DNA of 64,000 bases from Squalus acanthias (GCA_030390025.1 CM059432.1:36458001-36522000); one strand, 5' to 3'. Counted from the first letter of the stretch, positions 1 through 13,140 are shown. Translations and numbers: made by a program. The notes: a model not told the origin generated them from the letters alone.

Positions 1-869
1 GGTGAAATATAAATAGCTATTGCATACTCGCACGTTGCATTCACTATTTATACACAAGGGTGTAAAGGAAATGCAATTAGTAATTAAAGTATTAATGTTG
101 GTTTTGATATGCTGAAGGAAGTTGAGCTGCTTTGATATGTATGAATAGTGCTGCAGACTGTGGGCAGCAAATCATTACTTTACCAAATACTGACTACAGT
201 TCCCTGCTCATCAATTTTGGGTGATTGCTCTAAACTTCCTGTAATTAATAATTGTGACATTTTTGAGGCCATCATCGTGTGTTAAATAAATGGGAGGCAG
301 TGTCTTACTGTCTAGCATGACGGGCAGGAATAAGAATGAAATAAAAAGGACCCACAAGCTTCTGTTGATTACATTTTTTTTTAATTCTCACTCGTATCCA
401 GAGTAATTAAAAAAATTTTTTTTAAATGTGGTCGATTTTCTCCCTGCTCCTCAAAACATTAACTCCTGCTGGTTTTATTTTAATATATTTGTCCCTCAGG
501 ATGTGACCGCACTGGCAAGGCTGCATTCATTGCCCATCCCTCTGTTTTTTTTATTAGGTAAGGGTATCCAGGGATATGGATCAAAGGCAAGTAAATGGAG
601 TTGAGGTACAGATCAGTCATGATCTTATAATTGAATGATGGAATGGGCTCGACGGGCTGAATGGGCTACCCCTGTTCCTGTGTCCTTTAGAAGGTGGCGT
701 TGAAGCTGAGTGGCTTGCTTATGCCATTTCCGAGAGAATTAAGAAGCAATCATGTTGTGTGGATCTGGAGTTGCATGAGGGCCAGACCCGGTAGCAGTAA
801 TGGAAATCAAACATACTCAATAGTATTCAGGCTGTTTTAAAGCCTCAGGCTTCGCTCTAGCTATTTGAT

Positions 870-1500
870 AACAGCAACAACTTGTATTTATATAGCGCCT
901 TTAACATAGTAAAACATCCCAAGACGCTTCACAGGAATATTATAAGACAAAATTTGACACCGAGCCACATAAGGAGGAATTGGGGCAGATGACTAAAAGC
1001 TTGGTCAAAGAGGTAGGTTTTAAGGAGCGTCTTAAAGGAGGATAGAGAGGTGGAGAGGCAGAGAGGTTTAGGGCAGGGAATTCCAGAGCTTAGGGCCTAG
1101 GCAACAGAAGGCACGGCCACCAATGGTTGAGCAATTATAATCCGGGATGCTCAAGAGGGCAGAATTAGAGGAGTGCAGATATCTCGGGCTGGGGGGAGGT
1201 GGTTGTGAGGCTGGAGGAGATTACAGTGATAGGGAGGGGCGAGGCTATAGAGGGATTTGAAAACAAGGATGAGAATTTTGAAATCGAGGCATTACTTAAC
1301 CGGGAGCCAATGTAGGTCAGCGAGCACAGGGGTGATGGGTGAACGGGACTTGGTGTGATTTAGGACACGGGCAGCAGAGTTTTGGATAACCTCAAGTTTA
1401 CATACTGTAGAACGTGGGAGGCCAGCCAAGAGTGCGTTAGAATAGTCAAGTCTAGAGGTAACAAAGGCATAGATGAAGGTTTCAGCAGCAGATGAGCTGA
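870..1500 (-). mobile_element. L2-type LINE 3' end fragment
   Basis: Minus strand ends in ...aaaggcgctatataaatacaagttgttg, an L2-like tail. Body is homologous to other L2 copies at 22200-25930, 32150-32930 and 33100-33800. Confidence 0.8.
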
Positions 1501-1534
1501 TGCTTATATCCCCTACTTAATGGTATCCAGTAAA

Positions 1535-2520
1535 CCAATATCACTTATAGTGAAATTCAATGTAGAGAAATGCAAAGTGCTTCAAATAGGGACAAAAACA
1601 TCCAGGAAGGGACTATTAACTTAAATGGAAAGAAAATAATCATGGAAAATGAGAGAGATCTGGGGGTCCTGATTTGACAATAAATTGTAGCTATCACAAC
1701 AATGCTCGGTGGCAGTGAGTAAAGCAAATCAGATATTGGGATGTATTAAAAGGTCACTATTGAGCCGAAATAGAAGGGTAAACCTGCACTTTATAAATCA
1801 TTGATGGGATTGTACTTACAGTACTGTGTACAGTTCTGGTTGCCAGAATATAAAAAGGATATTGCAGCTATTGAAAGGATACAGAACAGAAAAAGCAGAA
1901 TGATTGAGAGGATGGAGGGATTGGATTATGAGGAGCAATTATGTAAATTGGGCATGTTCTCACTGCAAAAGAGAAGGTTGAAAGGTGACCTGATTGCTGT
2001 TTGTAGGATTCTAAAGGGACTAGATAATGTAGACCATGACGAGCTGTTTCACCTTGTCCAGAACAGCAGAACCAGAGGACATGGCCTGTGCTTGAAGGAG
2101 ACAAATTCATAACTAATCTGCGGAAACAATATTTCAGTGAGTGAGTGGTCAATCTATGGAACAGGCTCGCTAGGGAGATGGTGGAAACAGTCAGTATTGA
2201 TGAATTCAAATGCAAATTAGATTTCTTTCAGAAATTAACATTTGGGATACAGTATATAAGCAATTTGAGATATGACAGATGGCAAGTGTAGCGTGCTTGG
2301 GGGGAACAGGTGACTTTAGACCTATTGTTCCCAAATCTCTCCACCACTTGGGTTTTTCTCAAGTCATGTCTGGGGCTCTTGTAGACTAATTGATGGAGAT
2401 TGATCGCAATGCTTAGACAACAACTTCTTTATCATTGTATCCTGCGACTACCAGGATGGTAGAAGACAAACTAAATGGACCGTGGTATTTTTTCATCCAG
2501 CAATTCCCATGTTCCTATGG
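1535..2520 (+). mobile_element. Decayed CR1 LINE, ORF2 C-terminus and 3' UTR
   Basis: ORF 1801-2112 has LQYCVQFW...KDI..IERIQ...RRLKGDLI...RTRGH, the CR1 ORF2 C-terminal signature. Confidence 0.85.
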
Positions 2521-3645
2521 TGCATGGCTTACTCCTATTAACTGGAGCTGCTCTGATGACTCAGTGGGTACGTTGACTGCACAGTTTATGATGAGCTGTA
2601 CAGACCAGGCATGTACATTGCTGATCAACCCCCATCATTATTCTGACGGAGAACATTGGGTCTCAGCAGTCCTAGGCTATGGAGGAGTAAAAGCGGCTTA
2701 TTCCCACTTTGGGCATCAAGTGTTGGTGCTAGACACCCAAGCCAGGTAGAGCACAAATTGAGTGAGTAACTGGCTCTGCTCTGATCCCAGTGTGATTCTG
2801 AGGAAATCATATGGGTGTTGCAGCACAGCAACAGGCCAATCACCCCATCAAATCTGTGTAGGTGTTCTCCACGTGAGCCACCTAGCCTACTCCAACTTTT
2901 CTTGCTTCCCATCCAATATTCCCCTTTTTAACAGCTATCTAATTTAATTTAAAGACTACTGATGGGTAGGTACTCAAATTGGAAGGAAGTGGCCTTGTGA
3001 TCTCCCACAAGGATCTGTGCTGGGGCCTCAACTAGTCACCACATTTATTAATGACTTAGATAATATAATAGAGAACCATATTATCTAAGTTAGCCAGTGA
3101 CACAGAGATTGGTGGCATAGTAAATAGTGTAGACGAGAGCATAAAATTAGAGACATTGATAGATTATGTGAGTGGGCAAAACTGTGGCAGATGGATTTCA
3201 ATGCTGGTAAGTGTGGGGTCATCCATTTTGGACCAAAAAAGGATAGATCTGAGTTTTTTAAATGGTGAAAAGATAGGAACAGTGAAGGTCCAAAGAGATT
3301 TATGGGTTCATGTACACAGATCACTAAAATGTAGTAGTCAGGTGCAAAAAAAAATCAAAAAGGCTAATGGAATGTTAGCAGTTATATATAGAAAGCTAGA
3401 ATATAAAGGGAAGTTTTGCTACAGCTATACAAAGCACTGGTTAGACCACATCTGGAGTACTGTGTACAGTTCTGGGCACCGCACCTTAGAAAGGATATAT
3501 TGGCCTTGGAAGGAGTGCAGTGGAGATTCGCCAGAATGTTACCAGGGTTCCATGGGTTGCCGAGGCCCGAAGCTCTGGAATTCTCTGCCTAAACCTCTCC
3601 ACCTCACTACCTCTCTTTCCTCCTTGAAGACGCTCCTTAAAACCT

Positions 3646-5107
3646 GTGGAGCGAGAAACAGAGTTAACGTTTCAGGTCGATGACCCTTCGCCAGAACTGG
3701 AAAAAGCTGGAGATGGAACAGGTTTTTAAGCAAGTGTAGGGACAGTGAAAGGGGGGAGGGGAGGAAAGAACAAAAGGGAAGGTCTGTGATAGGATGGAAA
3801 GCAGGATCGATGAAGAGACAAAAGGGATGATGGTGCAAGGCAAAAGGAGATGGTAATGGGACAAGTTAAGAAACAAAAGATGGCTCTATATGAAGTGTAA
3901 ATGGCGATAGCAGAATGAAAGACAGCTGTCATGTGAGAGAGGAGAAAAAAAATGGAGATAAAAAAGATAGGGGCAGAGGTTATGGTCTGAAATTGTCTGA
4001 CACGGCCCTTGACCGTGTCCGTTCTATTTCCCGCACTTCTGCTCTCACCCCTTCCCCTCCCTCCCGGAACCACGATAGGGTTCCCCTTGTCCTCACCTTT
4101 CACCCATCAGCCTCCACATTCAACGGATCATCCTCCACCATTTCTGCCACCTCCAGCGTGATCCCACCACCAAACACATCTTCCCCTCACCTCCCCTTTC
4201 AGCATTCTGAAGGGTCCGCTCCCTCCGCGACACCCTGGTCCACTCCTCTATCACCCCAACACCCCTTCCCCTTCGCCCGGCACCTTCCTGTGCAAGCACA
4301 GGAGATGTAACACATGCCCTTTTACCTCCTCCCTTCCCACTGTCCAGGGCCCCAAACACTCCTTCCAGGTGAAACAGCGATTTACTTGTTGTACTTGCAA
4401 TTTAGTATACTGTATTCACTGCTCACGAAGCAGTCTCCTCTACATTGGGGAGACCAAATGCAGATTGGGTGACCGCTTTGCGGAACACCTCCATTCAGTC
4501 CATAAGGGTGATCCCGAGCTTCCGGTCACCTGTCACTTTAATTCTCCGCTCCACTCCCACTCAGACCTCACCGTCCTCCGCCTGTTACGCTGTTCCAATG
4601 AAGCTCAAGGAACAGCACCTCATCTTTTGATTAGGCACTTTACAACCTTCTGGACTCAACATCGAGTTCAACAATTTCAGACCATAACCTCTGCCCCAAT
4701 CTTTTTTTTCCATTTTTTTTCCTCCTCTCTCACATGGCAGCTGTCTTTCATTCTGCCATCGCCATTTACACTTCATCTAGAGCCATCTTTTGTTTCTTAA
4801 CTTGTCCCATTACCATCTCCTTTTGTCTTGCACCATCATCCCTTTTGTCTCTTAATCTCTCCTGCCTTCCATCCTATCACAGACCTTCATTTTTGTTCTT
4901 TCCTCCCCTCCCCCCTTTCACTGCCCCTGCACTTGCTTAAAAACCTGTTCCATCTCCAGCTTTTTCCAGTTCTAACGAAGGGTCATCGACCTGAAACGTT
5001 AACTCTGTTTCTCTCTCCACAGATGCTGCCTGACCTGCTGAGTATTTCCAGCTTTTTCTGTTTTTATTTCAGATTTCCAGCATCAGCAGTATTTTGCTTT
5101 TGTATTA
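3646..5107 (+). mobile_element. Penelope-like element (Neptune-type), 5'-truncated, with inverted pLTR copy
   Basis: GIY-YIG endonuclease remnant NLVYCIHC..LLYIGETK.RLGDRFAEH (ORF 4369-4800), preceded by Cys-rich linker GTFLCKHRRCNTCP (~4280-4320). 3646-~3995 is the reverse complement of ~4670-5020. TSD ctccttaaaacct at 3633-3645 and 5108-5120. Confidence 0.88.
4968..5004 (+). ncRNA. Minimal type I hammerhead ribozyme, core mutated (CUAACGA)
   Basis: AGTT-CTAACGA-A-GGGTC-ATC-GACCT-GAAA-CGTT-AACT: stem I agtt/aact, stem II and palindromic stem III. A mirror copy on the minus strand at 3662-3698 has core CTGGCGA. Confidence 0.7.
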
Positions 5108-5298
5108 CTCCTTAAAACCTACCTCTTTGACCAAGCTTTTGGTCAATTGCCCTAATTTATCCTTATGTGGCTCGGTGTCAAATTTTTTGTCTTAAAATAC
5201 TCCTGTGCAGCGCCTTGGGACGTTTTACTACGTTAAAGGCGCTATATAAATACAAGTTGTTGTTGGATAAATTTTGGGGAGCGATTACATAAACTAGG

Positions 5299-5419
5299 AA
5301 TAAAAACAGAAAATGCTGGAAATACTCAGCAGGTCAGGCAGCATCTGTGGAGAGAGAAACAAAGTTAACGTTTCAGGTCGATGACCTTTCAGATTTCCAG
5401 CATCCGCACTATCTTGATT
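5299..5419. mobile_element. Tiny two-part inverted Penelope pLTR insertion
   Basis: Minus-strand pLTR piece followed by a plus-strand 3' end. Flanked by the 14-bp TSD ttacataaactagg (5285-5298 and 5420-5433). Confidence 0.8.
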
Positions 5420-7584
5420 TTACATAAACTAGGCTTGTATTCCCTGGAATATAGAAGGTTAAGGGGTGATTTAGTTGAGGTTTTTAGGATTTTGAAAGGA
5501 ATTGATAGGGTAGATAGAGAGAAACTTTTCCACTGGTGGGAGATTCTAGGACAAGGGGGACATAACCTTAAAATCAGAGTGAGGCTATTCATAAGAACAT
5601 AAGAAATAGGAGCAGGAGTAGGCAATAAGGCCCCTCGAGCCTGCTCTGCTATTCAATAAGATCATGGCTGATCTTTGACCTCAACTCCACTTTTCCACCT
5701 GATCCCCATATCCCTTGATTCCTTTAGAGTCCAGCTTCAGAAGAGGTTAGGAAGTACATCTTTAAGCAAAGGGTGGTAGAAGTGTGGAATTCTCTCCCAA
5801 AAAGCGCAGTAGGTGCTAGCTCAATTAATAATATTAAATCTGAGGTCGATAGATTTTTGCTAGCTGAGAGTATTAAGGGATATGGAGCCAAGGCGGGTAA
5901 ATGGAGTTAGGATACAGATCAGCCATGATCTCATTGAATGATGGAACAGGATCGAGGGGCTTAATGGCCTATTCATGTTCCTATGCACTCTGCTTCAACA
6001 GAGTTGTGGCAGAAAATATTGCATTGTAACCACCTTGTGTAAACAATTTTTTTGATAACCTCCCCTTTAATACTTTTTGTGATTATCTTAAATTAATGTC
6101 TCTTTACCATGTTGCCAAACAATGGAAGCAATCTATCATTATCCTATTGTAACCATTCCTAATCTTAAATACTTCTTATCAGCTCACCCCATAATCTTTT
6201 CACTTCCAGTGAAAATTGCTCTAACTTCTCAGCTTTTCTTCGTAACCAACCCTTCGTTCATAATAACATCCTGGTAAATCTATGCTTCACTTTTCAGATT
6301 ATTTTTATATCCATGCTTACCAACTACTGGCCTATAATTTCCAATAACCCAATTTTTTGAAGAGGTGTTATATTTGCTACTGCCTCACATAATTTTCCTT
6401 TTCACAGAATTTTGGAAAATTATGGACAGAACTTCCTTTTTTGTCCTTGCCATCCACTGATGTAAACCATTAGTCTTAGTGATAGTGTCTTTAGTATGAT
6501 CTCACTAACCGTCCCATATCCACCTCTGGAGGAAAATTCCAATATCCTCTGTGAAAATGAAATACTTATTTAATATCTTTGCCATTCCATCCGACCGTCT
6601 TGTGCTGCATTCTTGGGCACTGACTTCAATAATTATTTTGGACACTGTTGTTGAGTACTGTGAATTCCTAATCCAAAATATCATAACAGAAGAAAGGATA
6701 GAAATAGAAACAAGCCATTAGGCCTTTCAATGATAGTTTTTTTTCCAGATCAACCCCATCTTTCCAGGCTTTGTATCATAACCTTCAATCCTTTCTGTCT
6801 GCAGGAACATATCCAATTGTCTATTGAACTTGTCTTCTAATATCCACTTCAATAGTCGTCTGGTACCCAAGGCTGCTGTTGTATCTCCTCTACCTGCTCG
6901 TTCAACAAGTCTTGGATTACTTCCTAATAGCTGAAACCATCCTTTTTGAGAATGGCCACATGCCTTTGAGGCCTGCTCACTCAAGCTGAGTGTGGAACTA
7001 CGGCCTTCTATCGATGACAAGCTGAGCTCTCTAACTTCCATTCAGTCCGTTGCCAAAACTGCCTTCCATCTCTGGAATGTTGTGTGCTTCAACCTCTAGT
7101 TCACCCATTGCTGCCGAAGACCTCATCCAAACCTTCGCCAACTCAGTCATTTGACTTTTTTTTTGTTTTTCTCCTTGCCAGGCTCCCTGTTTTCAGCCTT
7201 CACAAACATCAAAGAATCAAGAACTCCATGGCTCCAGTCCCCTCTTGCACTAAGTTCTGCATACTCATCACTCCTGCTCTTGCCCAGCCTCACTGGCTCC
7301 CTGTACAATAATGGATCAATTTCAAGATCCCTTGCTTGGCTTTCATGGCCTCATCCACCCTACTTGGGAAATCACCAGCTGTACTTTCCTTCACCTTCTG
7401 TTCCTGTGACTCTCTTACTGCTCATTCCATGCTCAATTAGCAGAGATTGATACATCAACAACTAAACCCTTGCTGTCTGCAGCTCTCTTCCAAAGCCACT
7501 TACTTAACTTAGCTACCTCGCTCCCTGCTTTCAAATTCTTCGGAATAAACCCTGTTCCACAGTGTCTTGCTCTCATGGTGCAAC

Positions 7585-7880
7585 CAAAGCTGACACTACA
7601 GTGCAGTATTGAGTGAGTGCTGAAATATGGAGGTGCCGTTATTCAGGTCAAGCGTTAAACTGAGGCCCTGTCTGCCTATTCAGATGGACGTTAAAGATCC
7701 CTGTTTGAAGAAGAGCTGGGAATTCTCCTGGCCAACCTTGTTCCCTCAAGTGACGCCACCAAAAACTGATTAACTGGTTATTCATCTTTTTCCTATTTTG
7801 GGACCTCTTGTGTTCAAATGATTGCTGTGTTCACCTATGTAGCAGCAATGACTGTATGTGAATCACTATCTTGAGATGCC
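7585..7880 (+). mobile_element. Deu-domain SINE (SacSINE1/AmnSINE-like), decayed
   Basis: Homologous to the better-preserved copy at 35262-35729. Confidence 0.6.
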
Positions 7881-7899
7881 AAGCCTACCCCGAGTCTTA

Positions 7900-8960
7900 C
7901 AAAAGCAAAATACTGCGGTTGCTGGAAATCTGAAATAAAAACAAAGTGCTGGAAATACTCAGCAGGTCAGGCAGCATCTGTGGAGAGAGAAACAGAGTTT
8001 ATGTTTCAGGTCGATGACCTTTCGTCAGAACTGGAAAAGTAGGAGATATAACAAGGTTTTAAGCAAGTGCAGAGGCAGGGAAAGGGGGACAGTGGGGGAG
8101 GGGAGGAAAGAACAAAAGGGAAGGTCTGTAATAGGGTGGAAAGCAGGAAAGATTAAATGACAAAAGGTATGATTGTACAAGGCAAAAGGAGCGGAACACC
8201 TCCATTCAGTCCATAAGCATGACCCTGAGGTTCCGGTCGCCTGTCACTTTTTAATTCTCCGCTCCACTCCCACTCTGACCTCCCCCGTCCTCGGCCTCTT
8301 GCACTGTTCCAATGAAGTTCAACGTAAGTTCGAGGAACAGCACCTCTTCTTTCGATTAGGCACTTTACAGCCTTCTGGACTCAACATCGAGTTCAACAAT
8401 TTCAGACTATAACCTCGGACCCCATGTTTTCTTTTCTCTCTCACATGGCAGCTGTTGATGATTCTGCAATTGTCATTTACACCTCATCTAGAGTCATCTT
8501 TTGTTTCTTAACTTGTCCCATTACCATCTCCTTTTGCCTTGCACCATCGTCCCTTTTGTCTTTTAATCTCTCCTGCCTTCCAGCCTATCACAGATCTTCC
8601 ACACTTGCTTAAATATCTGTTCCAGCTCCAACTTTTTCCATCGACCTGAAACATTAACTCTGTTTCTCTCTCCACGATGCTGCCTGACCTGCTGAGTGTT
8701 TCCAGCATTTTCTGTTGTTTCAGATTTCCAGCATCCGCAGTATTTTGCTATTTTAAAAGGAGCTGGTAATGGGACAAGTAAAGAAACAAAAGATGTGTCT
8801 AGAAGAAATGTAAATGGGAACAGCAGAATCATCAACAGCTGCCGTCCAAAAAAAATGGGGGCAGAGGTTATGATCTGAAGTTGTTGAACTCTTGTTGAGT
8901 CCAGAGGGCTGTAAAGTACCTAATCGAAAGATGAGGTGCTGTTCCTTGAGTTTACGTGAA
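7900..8960. mobile_element. Rearranged Penelope-like element (-/+/- segments)
   Basis: Minus-strand pLTR ~7900-8190; plus-strand EN C-terminus (AEHLHSV...LGTLQPSGLNIEFNNF) and pLTR 8191-8752; then another minus-strand segment ~8760-8960. Confidence 0.8.
7996..8032 (-). ncRNA. Minimal hammerhead ribozyme, core intact, stem III mutated
   Basis: Minus strand reads AGTT-CTGACGA-A-AGGTC-ATC-GACCT-GAAA-CATA-AACT. Confidence 0.65.
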
Positions 8961-9994
8961 ATGCACGCTTCTAGCAGGGACCACTGGATAGCATACTGGA
9001 GCAAAAACCCTGCTGATTTTTTTCCCTTCTCTAGCTCGGCACCAAAGCTAATTGTAGTGGCTGCCCTCATCGACTGAGATTGGCTAATTCAGCACAGATT
9101 AGGGATTAAACCTGAGTTTAAACCTCAGTAGCTTTTAACCTGTATGCCTGTACATTTAATCCTTTCACCACAGTGAGTAATTTGAGTGGATTGGTTTTGT
9201 CAATCTGCTTCATAGTTGTGAAAACTTCAATTATCACACCTCCAAGTCTCCGTTGAGCCCAACTTCATCAACCTTTCCTCATAACTTGAATTCCCGATGC
9301 CCGGAATTGTCTTTTTTTAAATTTGTTCATGGGATGTGGACGTCGCTGGCAAGGCCAGCATTTATTGCCCATCCCTAATTGCCCTCGAGAAGGTGGTGGT
9401 GAGGCACCTTCTTGAACTGCTGCAGTCTGTGTGGTGAAGGTACTCCCACAGTGCTGTTACGGAGGGAGTTTCAGGATTTTGACCCAGCAACGATGAAGGA
9501 ATGGTGATATACTTTCAATAATTAATATGCAAATACAGCAACTTCGTGAAACCTCAAGGGGATGTTAAGTGCGAGATGATGTTTTTGTGAAGCTAACGGG
9601 GGAACAGTGCAAATCGTCAAGCAACTTGTGGCAATTCGCAATTCACAGGGTGTCTCTTCCTTGCCACAAGTTGCTGGACGATTTACATATTAATAACAGC
9701 AAATTCCTGCCCATTCTCTTATTTCCAAGCAAAAGTTTGTAGAAGAGCACTAATTTGTCAGTGAGAACCTCTAATTGGAGAATACCATGGTCAAAGGTCA
9801 TTGAATGGTTCTATTATTTGTGGTAAGTTTCTAAGTGATCTCCATTAGAATGTCACTCCCTCACTTTTCTCCATTCCATGGATAGTTAACATATTTATGT
9901 TGCAAATATGAGCAGAGCTATTCACCTATAAATGAGTAACTTATATCATTTTAAGCCTCTTAGGGAGCTCAGGTTGCTTTAGTGTATTGTACAG

Positions 9995-10550
9995 TACAGG
10001 AGTACTGCATACAGTTTTGGTCTCCTTATTTAAGGAAGGATATACTTGCATTGGAGGCAGTTCAGAGAAGGTTCACGAGGTTGATTCCGGAGATGAAGGG
10101 GTTGTCTTATGAAGAAAGGTTGAGCAGGTTGGGCCTATACTCATTGGAGTTTAGAAGAATGAGAGGTGATCTTATTGAAACATATAAGATTCTGAAGGGG
10201 CTTGACAGGGTAGATGCAGAGAGGATGTTTCCCCTCGTGGGGGAATCTAGAACTAGGGGGCATAATTTCAGAATAAGGGGGCACCCTTTTAAATCGGAAA
10301 TTAGGAGGAATTTCTTCTCTGAGGGTCGTGAATCTTTGGAATTCTCTTCCCCAGAGAGCTGTGGAGGCTGGGTCATTGAATATATTTAAGGTGGAGATAG
10401 ACAGATTTTTGAACGATAAGGGAGTCAAGGGTTATGGGGAGCGGACAGGGAAGTGGAGTTGAGGCCAAGATCAGATCAGCCATGATCTTATTGAATGGCG
10501 GAGCCGGCTCGAGGGGCCACATGACTTACTCCTGTTCCTACGTCTTATGT
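9995..10550 (+). mobile_element. CR1 LINE 3' fragment
   Basis: ORF 9982-10389 EYCIQFWSPYLRKDILALEAVQRRFTRLIP...RRMRGDLIETYKI; CR1 3' UTR follows. Confidence 0.9.
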
Positions 10551-10904
10551 AGGATGAACTCTTAACATAAAAAGGGCCATTATTTTTTTTAATGAGCTGC
10601 TACCAGTGAAAGTCGTCCTATAATTGTCTTGGCTCTTACTGTCTCTCATGCAAGCACAGTTGGTGCAGCGTGACTTTTGTTCTGTCTGGAATCTTACAGC
10701 AGGGAAGATGTGCACAGACCAACAATGTCAATGATGCATTTATATCCTGTCTGGTGGTGGGAGGGCATTGGGTTTCCGTTTCACAGCTTATCTCATAATA
10801 CTGACCGAAGGGGGCAGACATGACTCTCAGGACATCTATCTTTACTGCTGGTGGGGCTTTATCATCAGAGGCCACCCAGCCAAGCCCTGTCCAAAGGTAG
10901 TATC

Positions 10905-11357
10905 GTGGAATCTTACAGCACAGAGGGAGGTCATTCGGCCCATTGTGCCCGTGCCAGCTCTCTAACAGAGCTGTCCAATTTAGTTCCACAACTGAGCTTT
11001 TTCTTCATAACCCTGCAAATTAGTCATCTTCAAGTACATGTCCAAGTGCCTTTTGAAAGTTCCTGTGGAGTCTGATTCCACCACCCTTCAGGTAGTGCGT
11101 CCCACATCCTAAGACCCCTCTGTGTGAAAAAAATTCCCCTCTAGTTCTTTTGCCAATTATTTTAACGCCATGACCTTTGGTTACTGACCCACTTGCCAGA
11201 GGAAACAGCTTCTCCCTACTTGCTCTATCAAAACCCCTCATAATTTTGAATACCTCTATTGGGTCTCCCCTTAACCTTCTCTGCTCTAAGGCAAACAATT
11301 CCAGCTTCTCCAATCTCTCCACATAACTGAAGTCCCTCATCCCTGGTATCATCCTGG
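10905..11357 (-). mobile_element. CR1 LINE 3' fragment
   Basis: ORF 11020-11352 MIPGMRDFSYVERLEKL...RRLRGD. Confidence 0.85.
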
Positions 11358-11651
11358 AGAGGGGGGGGCGGGCAGAGGCTTTAAACTATGCAGTTTGGTG
11401 AGTGGGTGCATAATTAAACGTGAGTTTCTCTACAAAGTAGCGTGACTATAATTGGTGTGTCATTGTCTCCGGCTGGACGCTGCTTTCTTCTTCCCTTGTC
11501 CTCCCAAAAACTCTCTTGATTTTGTGTTTGGTCTTGTAACCTCCTCAAACCCATTTGTTAGGTTATTTGTGTCCTGCACAGTGGATATGCTGACTTGCTG
11601 CCAGTGTCTGCTTCTCACAAAGGCAAAAGTTATGTCACTTGTTTCCATAAG

Positions 11652-11756
11652 GAAGGAAAGTGATGGTGGAGCTGCAGTTCCCGCTATGTGTGAGTGGATC
11701 TCTACCTCCAGCGGGGAGATGTGGAACGCAGGCTTTTACTGAACTAGCTATCGGGG
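11652..11756 (+). CDS. Possible coding exon of the unidentified host gene (phase 1-1, 105 nt): xRKVMVELQFPLCVSGSLPPAGRCGTQAFTELAIG
   Basis: Acceptor cacttgtttccataag, donor G|gtgaga, open frame, length divisible by 3, non-repeat sequence. An alternative internal donor T|gtgagt exists near 11689. Confidence 0.4.
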
Positions 11757-12214
11757 GTGAGAATGCATTAAGCATTACAGCTATAACTGGATTAGATCCA
11801 GACGTCCTGTTGGCAGTGCACTGCAGTTTTCATGATCAGCCTGCCAGTTAGCCTGAGTATTTGCTGTATTTTTCCCTTCCTTTAAGCTGCTGGATTTTAG
11901 GTTGCTAGCTGGTTAGATCAGAGAAGCTTTTAAGTGATGTCTAGGATAGTGGAATTGGCATAAATGTATAATTTCTCTGAGGCTGATTAGTCTCCCCCCC
12001 CCCCCCTTCACTCATTATATTGTGCCTTAGAGAAGGGTGGTGTTCTGTGCAAAAATGTTCTAAGTCTGTATAAAGTCAAAGATCAATTCAGGTAGACTCT
12101 TCTAATCACTTGTGCTCTTATTGATATTGTTTTGGACAGTTCTTCTCTAAACTTTACCCTTATTCCTGCTGAACTGTGAATACACTGTACTACACTCCTT
12201 CCCCTCTAAGAAAG

Positions 12215-12632
12215 AAGGAAACAAAGACTTGCATTTATATAGCACCTTTCACAACCTCCCAACATCCCAAAGCGCTTTACAGCCAATGACTGTTAAAGTG
12301 TAATCTCAGTTGTAATGTAGGAAATGTGGCAGCTAATTTGCGCACTGCAAGGTTCCACAACCAGCAATGTGATAATGACCAGTTTTTTTTTTAGTAGTAT
12401 TGGTTGCAGGATAAATGTTGGCCAGGGCACACAGGAGAACTCTTCTTGCAATAGTGCCATGAGATATTTTACATCCACCTGAGAGGATAAACGGTTTAAC
12501 GTTTCATCTGAAAGACGGCACCTCTGACAGTGCAGCACTGGGAGTGTCAGCCTAGATTTTGTACTCGCCTGGGACGTGAACCCACGACCTTGTGACTCAG
12601 GCGAGGGTGCTACCACTGAGCCACGGGTGACA
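12215..12632 (-). mobile_element. Deu-domain SINE
   Basis: Same sequence blocks as 35262-35729 (gacttgcatttatatagc...gagggtgctaccactgagccac). Confidence 0.75.
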
Positions 12633-13039
12633 TCTATGTCCTTACTATGCTGAATTGCATGCTTTTCTACTTTAACTTGCTCTTTCTTAGTTGAAAACCC
12701 CAAACTCTTTACCTTTCTCAGTTTTCCCTTCCTAATGTAGTTGACAGGTTTTTAAAACCCAAACTTGGCATCACACAACCACTGCTTCCTGGTTTAACTT
12801 GTGTTCTTTCCTAGTTTTATTTCTTCCCAATTTCCTGACTTTCTCTCTTGCTGAGCCCCGGCCCAAACATGACCTGACATTCACAAACACGCACTTTCCA
12901 GCAGGAATCGCTGATAATGGTTTGGAGCAGGAACCCTGCCAGATTTTTTGTTCCCTCCCTAATCTAGGGGAACAGGGATAAATTGCAGTGCTCCTGCCAC
13001 AGGCACTCACTGTAGCTTGTAACATCTACAGTTTTTTGG

Positions 13040-13140
13040 AGGGATGAGAGAGACAGACAGACACAGGAGAAAGAAATACACGAGAGAGACAGACAGACAG
13101 ACATTGACAGTGGGGGAGAGGAGAAAGAGAGTGAAAAAGC
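13040..13140. repeat. Purine-rich (GA)/(GACA) microsatellite-like tract
   Basis: gagagagacagacagacac...cgagagagacagacagacagac. Confidence 0.7.

Larger units (their letters stand above)
3556..5265 (+). mobile_element. L2 3'-tail fragment or SINE, split by a Penelope insertion
   Basis: 3556-3645 and 5108-5265 join into the L2 tail (ctctggaattc...ctccttaaaacctacctctttgacc...aagttgttgttg). Confidence 0.75.
2950..5985 (+). mobile_element. CR1 LINE 3' part interrupted by nested insertions
   Basis: [14 protein letters not shown] sequence near 3005 and KANGML/RRLRGDL motifs. The CR1 tail ends near 5985. Interrupted at about 3556-5265, 5299-5419 and 5590-5733. Confidence 0.8.

Noticed and set aside
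10787..10896. Possible exon (tttcacag ... AAG|gtagta)
   Set aside because: The donor is weak, the phase does not fit the phase-1 chain without creating stops, and there is no recognisable peptide.
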